This document shows positions 17,927 to 27,008 of a stretch of 64,000 nt of DNA, piece after piece; the stretch's first letter is position 1; each line of letters starts with the position of its first letter. A program made the translations under genes and the position numbers. The notes under the pieces are model-generated. The model was not told the DNA's origin, made no database searches, and saw only the letters and a program-made list of their open reading frames with translations. The DNA is taken from the IMG/VR virus record IMGVR_UViG_3300027804_002812, positions 262,292 through 326,291 of that record. The stretch is one strand, 5' to 3'. The stretch is from a virus (taxonomy: Duplodnaviria > Caudoviricetes).

Positions 17927-18629
17927 GACTTCTCAAATAACTGAGCCTTTTAACTTCAGAATCAGAATTTGATTCTTCTTTGAGTTCATTTTCTAAAACT
18001 CCAAATTTTTGTTCATTCAGTTTTCTTAATTCATTTTCCAACTTTTCCAGTTCTTCTTGAGTTGGTGTATATTTTTCTTTATCGACTTCCGCCTCCATCT
18101 TACCCGCCTGAATACTTAATTGGTCAATATCCAAAACTTGAGGTTGTGGAGTTGGCGTTTTTTTCTTTTCCTCTTCTTCAAACTTAACTAACATGTGCAA
18201 GAATGAAAGAGAAATTATTGGTAACATACCTCCAGCAAACAAAGCCAAAAATCTTTTATGACCAACAAAATCACCAGATTCAACACCCAAATAACTAACA
18301 AAAGGATCAACTAAATCAACCCAATCCTTAAATGATTGTGAATCAACATCGATGTATTGATAGGCAAAGAAAATATTTCCAATGAACTGAATAAGTGTCA
18401 CAATACCGAATGGGAAATATACCTTAGATCCCATCTGTGCTGAGATTGCCGCCAATGCAGAAAGAGCAGCGATTTCAATACCCACTGACAAATAAATCGC
18501 CCAACTTAATGGATTTGATAATCCATACCAAGAAGTTACGTGAGATATGGATACAAATGCAACGGTTAAGATTGGAACTAAAAAGGAAATATAAATTATT
18601 GCCTTGAAATTCTTCTGAACCCAATTCAT
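17919..18629 (-). CDS. Multi-pass membrane protein (about 4 TM) with cytoplasmic coiled tail
   Basis: Four hydrophobic segments then a charged tail; immediately upstream of the amidase, so a holin-like candidate. Confidence 0.6.
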   Translation of the reverse strand: MNWVQKNFKAIIYISFLVPILTVAFVSISHVTSWYGLSNPLSWAIYLSVGIEIAALSALAAISAQMGSKVYFPFGIVTLIQFIGNIFFAYQYIDVDSQSFKDWVDLVDPFVSYLGVESGDFVGHKRFLALFAGGMLPIISLSFLHMLVKFEEEEKKKTPTPQPQVLDIDQLSIQAGKMEAEVDKEKYTPTQEELEKLENELRKLNEQKFGVLENELKEESNSDSEVKRLSYLRSHG

Positions 18630-18913
18630 TTCCTCTGTGATTTAAGTTTTTTTATCTCATCTTCGATTTCAGTTTGTCTTCTGACATCAAATAATTTTCT
18701 ATCGGTAGCCTGAATCATTCTTTTTTCTGCCTCCAATCCTGAGATTTGTAATTCAATGTTTAATTCTTGTTTGGTATATGTCGAATCTTTAATTGCGGTA
18801 ATCTCTTGTCTTACTTTGGTTAATTCTCTTGAATCACCACAAGACTTGAACAATGTGAGTAAGGTGATTACCAAAACAATAATAACAAAGTTGTTTTCAA
18901 TAAATTTTTTCAT
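18626..18913 (-). CDS. N-terminal TM protein with FKSC, possible lipoprotein
   Basis: VIIVLVITLLTLFKSCG followed by coiled coil. Confidence 0.55.
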   Translation of the reverse strand: MKKFIENNFVIIVLVITLLTLFKSCGDSRELTKVRQEITAIKDSTYTKQELNIELQISGLEAEKRMIQATDRKLFDVRRQTEIEDEIKKLKSQRK

Positions 18914-18943
18914 AACAATTTTATTTTGATTTATCCTTAAAAT

Positions 18944-18973
18944 ATAAAAGGTGTATTAAATAAATACACCCTT
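18944..18973 (-). terminator. Hairpin terminator after the sigma gene, containing TATTTAT
   Basis: - strand GGTGTATT-TATTT-AATACACC followed by TTTT; TATTTAT at 18960-18966. Confidence 0.65.
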
Positions 18974-18982
18974 TATCCTAAT

Positions 18983-19780
18983 TTACAGATAGTCGAAGAG
19001 AATACCCGTTTCGTTTCGTAACTTTCTCAAAGCTTTTTCTTTGATTTGTCTAACCCTTTCTTTGGTCAAATCGAAGTCAGTTCCAATGTCCTCAAGGGTT
19101 CTTGTTGAACCTGATAACCCAAAATAATCTTCAATAATCACCTTTTCTCTCTCGTCTAAGACATCCAACATATTCAAAAGTTTTTCTTTCAAAGTGTCTT
19201 CAGTGGATAAATTTTTGTCAGCCAAATCAGCGTTTGGATTAACCAAAATGTCCAATAATGTATCACCTTCTTCATTAAGTGGATTATCCAAGTTAATGGT
19301 ATAAGGTAGATTCACCATCTTTTCGGGTAATTCAACACCAGCCTTTTCAAGTTCTTTCTTAGCCTTATGAAGTTCTTGGACAACATTGACAGGAAGACGA
19401 ATGGTTCTCGCGTTCTCATTCAAAGATTGCAATATGGATTGTCTAACCCACCATACAGCATAAGAAATGAATCTTAATCTTTTAGTCCAATCAAAGTTTT
19501 CGATCGCCTTCATCAATCCAAGATTACCTTCAGCAATCAAATCACATAAATCCAAACCTTGATTCTGATATTGTTTGGACACGGTGATAACGAAACGCAA
19601 GTTACCTTCCAATAATTCTTTTTGGATTTCTTTCTTCTCTTCTTCAGTAATAAACCCTGATAACATTCTTTCAGCAAGTTCACGTTCCCTCTCAGGAGTC
19701 ATGACCTTAATTTTTCGAATGTCTTTCAGATAATGACTGATTTCTTCTTGATTAATTGGAATTGAGGATTTTTCTTTCAT
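18983..19780 (-). CDS. rpoD: Sigma-70 family primary-type sigma factor (Bacteroidota sigmaA-like, no region 1.1)
   Basis: NLRFVITVSKQYQNQGL, EGNLGLMKA, RFISYAVWWVRQSILQ, RTIRLPVN; region 4 TLEDIG..FDLTKERVRQIKEKALRKLR. Confidence 0.92.
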   Translation of the reverse strand: MKEKSSIPINQEEISHYLKDIRKIKVMTPERERELAERMLSGFITEEEKKEIQKELLEGNLRFVITVSKQYQNQGLDLCDLIAEGNLGLMKAIENFDWTKRLRFISYAVWWVRQSILQSLNENARTIRLPVNVVQELHKAKKELEKAGVELPEKMVNLPYTINLDNPLNEEGDTLLDILVNPNADLADKNLSTEDTLKEKLLNMLDVLDEREKVIIEDYFGLSGSTRTLEDIGTDFDLTKERVRQIKEKALRKLRNETGILFDYL

Positions 19781-19781
19781 A

Positions 19782-20336
19782 TTAGTTATTACTGTAGTTT
19801 TGAAGTAGAGTTAATTCGTGTTTGGTAAGGGAGTCCATTCCTAAGACATTAATCTTATCCAAGATGGTATCCAAAGTTGTTTTCACTGCTGGAGTACCCA
19901 TCCAAGGTGCAAGCTTGGACTTGAATTGTGACTCCAATTCATTTGAAAAACTCATATCGATATCATCCTCATCATAGTCATTATACAAATCAGTATTCTC
20001 AACAACACCTTTCATGTCGATTGAATAGTCATTATTTTGTCCAGGATTATCTAAATCAAATAAATGTCCAGATTTTTCGTAAGGGACATGAACTGACACT
20101 TTGTCAGATACTTCTGTCAAAATTAGTATTTCACTATCTACATGGATAAGTCCAGTGATATATTCAAAGATTTCGTCTTTAGGAACATCTGTTGCGAAGT
20201 ACATCATTATAATTCCTCCTCCGAATTGAAACTTCATGTTTGGTGAATCCACCAATGGTGCGACTGACATTACCATTTGATTACAACTTTCGTCTGTAAT
20301 GAAATTACCAATAACTGTGGCTAAGTAGTTTTTCAT
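19782..20336 (-). CDS. Hypothetical protein with C-terminal DUF6576-like helix pair
   Basis: C-terminal LDTILDKINVLGMDSLTKHELTLL. Confidence 0.65.
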   Translation of the reverse strand: MKNYLATVIGNFITDESCNQMVMSVAPLVDSPNMKFQFGGGIIMMYFATDVPKDEIFEYITGLIHVDSEILILTEVSDKVSVHVPYEKSGHLFDLDNPGQNNDYSIDMKGVVENTDLYNDYDEDDIDMSFSNELESQFKSKLAPWMGTPAVKTTLDTILDKINVLGMDSLTKHELTLLQNYSNN

Positions 20337-20351
20337 GTGTTTGATTATTTT

Positions 20352-20852
20352 TTACAAAGATACTGATTTAATATTACTAACAAAATATACTCTTCCTTTA
20401 GTTCCCGAATGTTGCTCGTACCACTTACCTTCTTTATCTTTCCAAACATATGGATTGTTTGGGTCGACATCCCATCGATACTGTGAATAGAAGTCGAAAT
20501 CTTTTTTTAATAGATTGGATTTGTGTGAGTCATGAAACTTTTGATTACCGAACCAATCAGGATAGATTACTGGTTCATCAATATCCTCCTTATCCATAGT
20601 GTTCTTGAACCCACGTTTAACCCACTCGTCAATACTTGCATTCAAGTACATCTTCAAAAGTGGAACATGGTTCCTCCACATAACAGAGCATGGATGGTTT
20701 ACCCACCCTTTGTAGGGGGTACCATCCAACTTTAATCTGCCAGTGATTGCACTGATAATTTGATAGGTTTCAACTCGTTGTTTACCGAGTCTCTTGTTGT
20801 CAAGGACTCTCATTGATTCAGTAATGTCTGAGTATGGTAGGAATGTTTGCAT
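20352..20852 (-). CDS. Pyrimidine-dimer DNA glycosylase / MSMEG_6728-like protein
   Basis: MQTFLPY, LDNKRLGKQRVE, HPCSVMW, HKSNLLKK motifs. Confidence 0.85.
   Translation of the reverse strand: MQTFLPYSDITESMRVLDNKRLGKQRVETYQIISAITGRLKLDGTPYKGWVNHPCSVMWRNHVPLLKMYLNASIDEWVKRGFKNTMDKEDIDEPVIYPDWFGNQKFHDSHKSNLLKKDFDFYSQYRWDVDPNNPYVWKDKEGKWYEQHSGTKGRVYFVSNIKSVSL
20355..20384 (-). promoter_or_regulatory. Bacteroidota sigmaA-type promoter
   Basis: - strand TTTG, 18 nt spacer, TATCTTTG; 18 nt before ATG 20336. Confidence 0.6.
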
Positions 20853-20856
20853 ACCA

Positions 20857-20864
20857 CAAAGATA
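20857..20864 (-). promoter_or_regulatory. Bacteroidota -7 element (possibly leaderless transcript)
   Basis: TATCTTTG ends 4 nt before ATG 20852; no clear -33 element. Confidence 0.5.
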
Positions 20865-20885
20865 TACATTATGAATTGAATTGCA

Positions 20886-21491
20886 CTATTCCCACTCCAA
20901 AATTTGTTTGTTAATTTTGATAATTTGTTTTCTTAGATATTCTTGAACCAACTTTTTGAAATCACTATACCACTTTTGTTTTCCCTTGTCTGTGAATACC
21001 AAGTCTTTTTTCGCGTTTTTGATTTGAAGTTGACCTTTACCTAATGCTCCTACACCTAATACGGAAATATCCAATTCCCAAATGAAAAATACTTTGATGT
21101 CAACAATATTTACCCACCCATTTTCGAGTTTATATTTCACAGATACATAAATAAGTTCTTTCTTATCGGATGAGAATAATTTCTTAATCTTATCTATAGA
21201 AGTAAGATTTGGCATCGAGAAACCAGAGTCCATGTCGTGAGTCTTAGGGTCGATATAGAACGATACCAAGTCAGAAACTAATGTAACATCTTCGATGGAT
21301 TTTTTACTCCTTGGTCCCTTAGTTTCAGTAATCAAATCACTTTTGGCATTCATTAAAATTTCAGTCACCTTACTTTCTACCAAATCACCTACTGTTCTTT
21401 GCATGCCACCATTAACCAATTCAAAACTTCTCAAGTTTTCGGTTAGCAAATTCTGAATGTACTCTTTTACCATTACTTTCTTTTTTTTCAT
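20886..21491 (-). CDS. PD-(D/E)XK restriction-endonuclease-like protein
   Basis: GDLVE...EDV...YIDPKT...SMPNL pattern; own TATATTTG element at 21520-21527. Confidence 0.55.
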   Translation of the reverse strand: MKKKKVMVKEYIQNLLTENLRSFELVNGGMQRTVGDLVESKVTEILMNAKSDLITETKGPRSKKSIEDVTLVSDLVSFYIDPKTHDMDSGFSMPNLTSIDKIKKLFSSDKKELIYVSVKYKLENGWVNIVDIKVFFIWELDISVLGVGALGKGQLQIKNAKKDLVFTDKGKQKWYSDFKKLVQEYLRKQIIKINKQILEWE

Positions 21492-21542
21492 ATCGTTTAT
21501 TTTTGGTTAACTTATTTTTCAAATATACTAAAAATTTTCGAA

Positions 21543-21570
21543 TAAAAAAATCTCACAATTATTGTGAGAC
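21543..21570 (-). terminator. Rho-independent terminator overlapping the sbcC stop
   Basis: - strand TCTCACAA-TAA-TTGTGAGA followed by T7. Confidence 0.7.
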
Positions 21571-23940
21571 TTTTGAAATATTATCAACCTTACTTATCCT
21601 GACCACGTTATTGGACCAGTTATTTACAAGTGGATTGTGAGTGATTACAAATATCTTCTCAAAGTAATCTCTCATTTTGGTAAAGAATTCCCCAACCATT
21701 TCAAGATTATCATTAGAAATTTTTCCGAACACTTCGTCCCACACAATTATGTTTGGTTTTGGAAGTGAACAAACTTTTGATAGTACCGCTCTCAATGCCA
21801 TCGCTGCAATCGTTCTTTCATAACCAGATCCTGACACCATCAGTTTTTCAACACCAGTGGAGTTATCTATCATGATGAACTCAACCTCATTCTTGTCATT
21901 GATACGGATTTCCAAACTGAAGTACGCTGAGTCCTGAAGCAATCTCTGAAGTTCAGAATTAATCAATGGCATCATGGTCTTCATAATCATTTTGGTGATT
22001 CCATTCTTACCATAAATTTCAACGTAGATTTTATAAATCTTTTCACGTTCAAACTCCTCAGCAATCTTAAGAATGATGTCGTTGTTCTTTTCGATTCTTG
22101 ACTCCAAAGATTCTATCCGTGTTGAATTTGTGGTCTGCGTTCTTTCATATCCCCGCTTTTCATTAATAAGTTCATCAATACGTAAACCAGCCTTAACTAA
22201 CTGAGCGTCAATCTCATTATTTTTCTTAATCTTGTCTTGAACTTCCTCGTATCTTCTGAGTTTATCTTTAACTTGAGTCAATTTGAGTTCAGTGGATTCC
22301 AAAGATAGTTCATACTTCTCCTTGATGAGTTTGTTTCTTTCATATTCATCAAAGTCTTTCTTGAGTTGTGTGAAGGATTGTTCTTTCTTTTCGTACCCAT
22401 CAATTTCTTCTTTGAAATCCTCAACAAGTCTTTTGAATGAATCGAGTTGTTTAATTTTCTCGTTGGTCAATTTAGCCTCCATCAATTTGATTCCACAATG
22501 TTCGCATTGAATTCCGTCACCATATTTTTCAATAAGGTCTTGGATTTCCTCAACTTTGTTCTCACAAGTAACCAGTTCGGCAAATCTTGATTTGATTACC
22601 TCTTTTACATTATCATGTTTATCTTCATGATAAAACTCTTTTGGTTCAACGATTTTGATTTCGTTGATTTGTCTTGTGGTTTTATCTCTGGACTCTTCGA
22701 GGTCAGAGATTTCTGATTGAAGTTTAATTGGATTCAAAGTAACCAATTCCTTATCCAAATCCATGAATTTAGATTTGAGAAGATTATCCTTGTATTCTTG
22801 TCCCTTCTGAAGTCTTGCATCCACGTCTGAGATGTTTTTGGACATCAAGTTAATCTCATCCTTCATTCTACCTATCTCCTCACCAGAGTTGATGTTATCT
22901 TGTTTCAGAGACTCTGTGTTATAGACATTGGACACCATCCCTTTGGAAAACTCAGAATAAATTTCTTTACCAGTTTCTTCCTTTTTCTTTAGGAATTCCA
23001 ATCCAAGGAATCTACTCAAGACCTGTCCTCTCGCAGTTGGTTTTGCCTCCAACAAGTCCTCAAGATTGGACGCGGTCGTAACAATAGTCATCAAGAAATC
23101 TTCCATACTTCCGATGGACTTCTTCATGAAATTTTCAGTCTCCCTTCTTTGTTCACCTGTGAAGTTTTGTAGTTGTCCGTCAGCAAGTTTTTTGAAAAAC
23201 TCCAATTCAGTTTTGATATTCCATTCACCAGCCTTGGACTTCTTTCTTTCTATTTGACGCAAGATAACATAGTCTTCACCATCAATAGTAATATCACCTT
23301 GAACACTAACTTTGTTTACATCGGTAAACCTATTGAAGATTTCTTCAGCCTTCTGAGTTTTGGTTGTTGTATTGAAGAATAAAAACAATAGAAGGTCAAC
23401 GGTTAATACCGTCTTCCCTCCAAAGTTTGGTGGATCTGATTCAACTACCGTAATCCCATTACACTTTTCAAAATCAATTACCTGATTCTGCCCGTAGGAA
23501 AGAAAATTACTGAATTCAATCTTCTTGATGTACCATCTTTTGAATGGTGTCACCTCAACCTCATTCGCTAACATTCTGTTTTCAACCGCAAGGTCAATGT
23601 TCATAAGTTGGTCGAAGTATTGGTCTTGACCTTTGGATTCCAAATAACTTTTTACCAACTCTTTTTGATAATTCTTATCCATGATGTTTACTGAAACATC
23701 AATAGTCTGTTGGGATTCGTCATCAGAACTTTTCACTTTAGTAATAACGTTTATATTCGTTGAAGAATACTTTTTCATAAAGTATTGCTTCACAGACTTT
23801 ATTCGTTCCTGAGTAAAGTTTTCTGGTGTGTCTTCCCAAATTACCTGTATATAAGGATTTTCCAAAATAGACGTATCTATATTATTTGGCATATTCGTGT
23901 AGTTGTAAGTTGGATATGGATTAAACAAATCCCATTTCAT
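21559..23940 (-). CDS. sbcC: SbcC/Rad50/gp46-like SMC ATPase with N-terminal extension
   Basis: IEFSNFLSYG, variant Walker A NFGGKT, zinc hook CEHC, signature SGSGYE, Walker B IVWDE, H-loop ITHN; alternative start at 23892. Confidence 0.9.
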   Translation of the reverse strand: MKWDLFNPYPTYNYTNMPNNIDTSILENPYIQVIWEDTPENFTQERIKSVKQYFMKKYSSTNINVITKVKSSDDESQQTIDVSVNIMDKNYQKELVKSYLESKGQDQYFDQLMNIDLAVENRMLANEVEVTPFKRWYIKKIEFSNFLSYGQNQVIDFEKCNGITVVESDPPNFGGKTVLTVDLLLFLFFNTTTKTQKAEEIFNRFTDVNKVSVQGDITIDGEDYVILRQIERKKSKAGEWNIKTELEFFKKLADGQLQNFTGEQRRETENFMKKSIGSMEDFLMTIVTTASNLEDLLEAKPTARGQVLSRFLGLEFLKKKEETGKEIYSEFSKGMVSNVYNTESLKQDNINSGEEIGRMKDEINLMSKNISDVDARLQKGQEYKDNLLKSKFMDLDKELVTLNPIKLQSEISDLEESRDKTTRQINEIKIVEPKEFYHEDKHDNVKEVIKSRFAELVTCENKVEEIQDLIEKYGDGIQCEHCGIKLMEAKLTNEKIKQLDSFKRLVEDFKEEIDGYEKKEQSFTQLKKDFDEYERNKLIKEKYELSLESTELKLTQVKDKLRRYEEVQDKIKKNNEIDAQLVKAGLRIDELINEKRGYERTQTTNSTRIESLESRIEKNNDIILKIAEEFEREKIYKIYVEIYGKNGITKMIMKTMMPLINSELQRLLQDSAYFSLEIRINDKNEVEFIMIDNSTGVEKLMVSGSGYERTIAAMALRAVLSKVCSLPKPNIIVWDEVFGKISNDNLEMVGEFFTKMRDYFEKIFVITHNPLVNNWSNNVVRISKVDNISKVSQ

Positions 23941-23942
23941 TT

Positions 23943-24131
23943 TTATTGTTGTGTTTCAGAAGTTCCGTTTTGTTCAGACTCTTGTTTTTTCTTAAATTCT
24001 TCCATCTGAAGTTTCATTGTCTCATTAAACAACTTCTGAATTGCCGATTGTTGTGTCTTGATAGATTGATTTCTATTTTCAACTCTTTTTCTGTGAGCTT
24101 TAGCTCCACCTCTTACTTTTGATTTTCCCAT
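23943..24131 (-). CDS. Small basic hypothetical protein
   Basis: 62 aa, MGKSKVRGGAKAHRKRV. Confidence 0.65.
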   Translation of the reverse strand: MGKSKVRGGAKAHRKRVENRNQSIKTQQSAIQKLFNETMKLQMEEFKKKQESEQNGTSETQQ

Positions 24132-24135
24132 TTTG

Positions 24136-24729
24136 TTAGTCGTTTAATGTAAATAATTGAACGGTAACTCCCTTACCATTGGTCGCCTGAAAGTCATAAT
24201 CAACTTCCAATTCAGTTCCCTTGAAGAAAACTTTGTTAATAAAGTCCCAGTCTGCATAATCAGTCCCTATTGTACCAGGGATATATGAAAAATCTTTTGG
24301 TGATGGAACTTCTTCAGATTCAAAATTAAATCCATAAACCATTCCTTTGTTCTCTTCCATAAACAGCAAAACATTCTCATTCTCACCTTCAGAAGGAAAT
24401 CCATGATAATCAACACTTTCATAATTTTCATCAATTTCATAGTGGTCAGTCATTTCATCCAATTTGAATGTAACAATGTCCTCACCATTTTCATCTGCAA
24501 TTATGAAACTAAGTCCATCATTGTCCATAGGTTTGTCAATAACCCACATATTTGTGTTAAAGGGTTCATAACCTTCAACGATTGTTTCCAAGTCCCAAGC
24601 CATTTCACTCAGGTCCTCATATCCATTTTCTTCTTGATATTCTTGAATATCTTGAACCTGTTGGTCGGTAAGGGATTGTGCGGATGCGTTCAATTCCCAC
24701 CCGTAAACTTTTAATTGATACTTTGCCAT
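24136..24729 (-). CDS. Acidic hypothetical protein
   Basis: Likely start MAKYQLKV at 24729; roughly a quarter D/E. Confidence 0.7.
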   Translation of the reverse strand: MAKYQLKVYGWELNASAQSLTDQQVQDIQEYQEENGYEDLSEMAWDLETIVEGYEPFNTNMWVIDKPMDNDGLSFIIADENGEDIVTFKLDEMTDHYEIDENYESVDYHGFPSEGENENVLLFMEENKGMVYGFNFESEEVPSPKDFSYIPGTIGTDYADWDFINKVFFKGTELEVDYDFQATNGKGVTVQLFTLND

Positions 24730-24755
24730 TTTGTTTTTATTTTGTTGTTTGTTTT

Positions 24756-25106
24756 TTATTCTGATTTTGGTCGATTTACTTCGAACCATTCTACAATTGC
24801 ATTTATTGCCCATACGGCTCCTGAGGCAAACATTCCATCAAAAAACCAAGAGTACCATAATGATTCCCCAATGATTATATTCCAAGGAGAATATACAAAA
24901 ATTCCAATAAAGAATCCAACCCAAGTTGACGTACACATCATACATCTTAGCATATCGGATAAGAATATCCAAAAATCTTGGAAAATTGAGTCAACATCTG
25001 CCGCCCATTTGTTTATCGCGTTTCTTGGTCTATTGAAAATACTTCCATAAACGAGGATGTTGCTCATACCATAAGCCATTATCATCCATATTAATATTTG
25101 TACCAT
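24756..25106 (-). CDS. DUF1360-like membrane protein
   Basis: Three hydrophobic segments with CMMCTSTWVG. Confidence 0.65.
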   Translation of the reverse strand: MVQILIWMIMAYGMSNILVYGSIFNRPRNAINKWAADVDSIFQDFWIFLSDMLRCMMCTSTWVGFFIGIFVYSPWNIIIGESLWYSWFFDGMFASGAVWAINAIVEWFEVNRPKSE

Positions 25107-25111
25107 AATTT

Positions 25112-25999
25112 TTATTTATATAATGTGTCGTCCAAATTTGAACCTTTGAGGAATGCCGCTTTTCTATCTTGTTGGAATTTTTGAATTTCTTCAATAGTTT
25201 TTTGGTATTCCATAATCTGTTTATCTTTCTCGATATTGTCTTGTTTCAACTTTTGAACAGTATTTTGAATTGCCTCTAACTTTGATTTCAATCCAATATC
25301 AGTACTCTCTTTTTCAATAACTACTTCTTTGATAATTTCTACAGGAACCTCCTTAATCACTTCAATTACTTTTTCGAGTGGTGGAGTTTGTCTAAGAATG
25401 TCTAAAGAATGTCTAAGTTCGTCTAATTCTTTATCCTTTTTAGACATTTCTTCTTGGAAAATATTTTCCATTTCTTGAGTTTTAGTGGAAAATACTTTGC
25501 GTTGTTGTTCGAATTCCTGTTCTTTTTGGAAAATTTTTGTGTTCATCTCTTCTTGGTCAGTAACATAAACTACCTTATCAACAGGAACCTCTTTGATGAC
25601 ATCCTTGATTACCACCTTCTCAACGGGTATTTCTTTGATAATCTCAACAACTTTTTCAACCACCCTTTCAACAGGAACTTCTTTAATAATTTCTACAACC
25701 TTTTCGACTGGTACTTCTTTGATGATTTCAACAATCTTTTCTATAGGAACCTCGACGTATTCTACCCTTACTACTTCTTTAATAACCTCCACAGGAATCT
25801 CCACTCGTTTTTCAACAATGACCTCCTTTTCCACCTGTTTTTCGCGAGTTCCACCCACATTTAATAAACCATACCTCTCAATATTAAATCCCTCAAGGTA
25901 AGATTTCTTAATCACCTCACTAATTCTCAAGTCATTCATATTACAATATGATATGAGATCTTTGTTTTCAGTGGAAGAAAGGTTTAGTTTATATTCCAT
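25112..25999 (-). CDS. Protein with VPVEKVVEIIKE (articulin/alveolin-like) repeats and coiled coil
   Basis: About 12-residue repeats (EIIKEVPVEKVV) followed by a heptad coiled coil. Confidence 0.7.
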   Translation of the reverse strand: MEYKLNLSSTENKDLISYCNMNDLRISEVIKKSYLEGFNIERYGLLNVGGTREKQVEKEVIVEKRVEIPVEVIKEVVRVEYVEVPIEKIVEIIKEVPVEKVVEIIKEVPVERVVEKVVEIIKEIPVEKVVIKDVIKEVPVDKVVYVTDQEEMNTKIFQKEQEFEQQRKVFSTKTQEMENIFQEEMSKKDKELDELRHSLDILRQTPPLEKVIEVIKEVPVEIIKEVVIEKESTDIGLKSKLEAIQNTVQKLKQDNIEKDKQIMEYQKTIEEIQKFQQDRKAAFLKGSNLDDTLYK

Positions 26000-26779
26000 T
26001 TAGTAATTTACAAGTTTTTCGGTTCCGTCAACTAAGTTATCAATTGAGTTTATATAAAATGATAGGAAAGGTTTTGGGTTCGGAAGGTCAACAAAGTCAT
26101 ACTGGTCTTTCTCAATATCATAAACACCATAACCATGTTTGGTTACTCTCTCTCCGAAGTTCTGTTGGATAGTTGACCCAACCATGTACGCTTTCTTTCC
26201 ACCAGGAATGTCAAACACTTGTCTCTTGTGAATGTCTCCACAAAGTACCAAGTCACACCCCTTGAACTTACTCGTATCAAACCCATCCTCAAATTTATAT
26301 CCAATATCGGTGTAAAGACCAGTGACAGGTCCGTGAAATAGACCAATGTTCTTGTTTTTGGACTTTTCAATATTAGGTTGAATGTTGTGTTCCATCAAAG
26401 AATACACACACCAGTTAACATTCTCATCCTCATATACACCACGATTCTTGTAATAAACTATGTTATCATTCTTCAACGAATCGATAATAGGAGTTAGAGC
26501 GTCCAAACGAGTATTGTTATTCTCAAGGAAGTCGTGGTTACCAATAATTACAATAGTCTTTGTAATTTTTGCGCACTCAGTCAATATCCAAGCAACAAAC
26601 TCCACCAACTCTGGTGTCATCTGATTTTTGGAATGAACCAAATCACCAGTAAAAACTATTCGGTCAGGTTGTAAGGTTGTCCATTCCTTTAACGCAGATT
26701 CAAGGATTCCACGATATAAATCATGGTCCTTGAATAATCTTACGTGTAAGTCAGAAAAATGAATTAATCTGTTAATCAT
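26000..26779 (-). CDS. sbcD: SbcD/Mre11/gp47-like metallophosphoesterase nuclease
   Basis: SDLH, GDLVH, GNHD, LFHG, GDIH motifs; only 259 aa. Confidence 0.88.
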   Translation of the reverse strand: MINRLIHFSDLHVRLFKDHDLYRGILESALKEWTTLQPDRIVFTGDLVHSKNQMTPELVEFVAWILTECAKITKTIVIIGNHDFLENNNTRLDALTPIIDSLKNDNIVYYKNRGVYEDENVNWCVYSLMEHNIQPNIEKSKNKNIGLFHGPVTGLYTDIGYKFEDGFDTSKFKGCDLVLCGDIHKRQVFDIPGGKKAYMVGSTIQQNFGERVTKHGYGVYDIEKDQYDFVDLPNPKPFLSFYINSIDNLVDGTEKLVNY

Positions 26780-27008
26780 TTATTATAACTTTCATATCTT
26801 CTTCAAAAGGATTAAATCCTTTGTTTATGTGTCCACAGAAATCACACGCATATATCGGGAAAGGTACTGTGGTATCTTCGGGAGAACCAGTCATTAACTT
26901 CGGAACTAATTTCAAATAAATTACTTCTTTGAAGTACATATGTTGACACTGCTCACACTTAATTGTTGGTACGTCCCGTAAATTGATTTTAGGTTTTTCT
27001 AAATCCAT
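26772..27008 (-). CDS. Small zinc-ribbon protein
   Basis: CEQC...CDFCGH. Confidence 0.75.
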   Translation of the reverse strand: MDLEKPKINLRDVPTIKCEQCQHMYFKEVIYLKLVPKLMTGSPEDTTVPFPIYACDFCGHINKGFNPFEEDMKVIIND

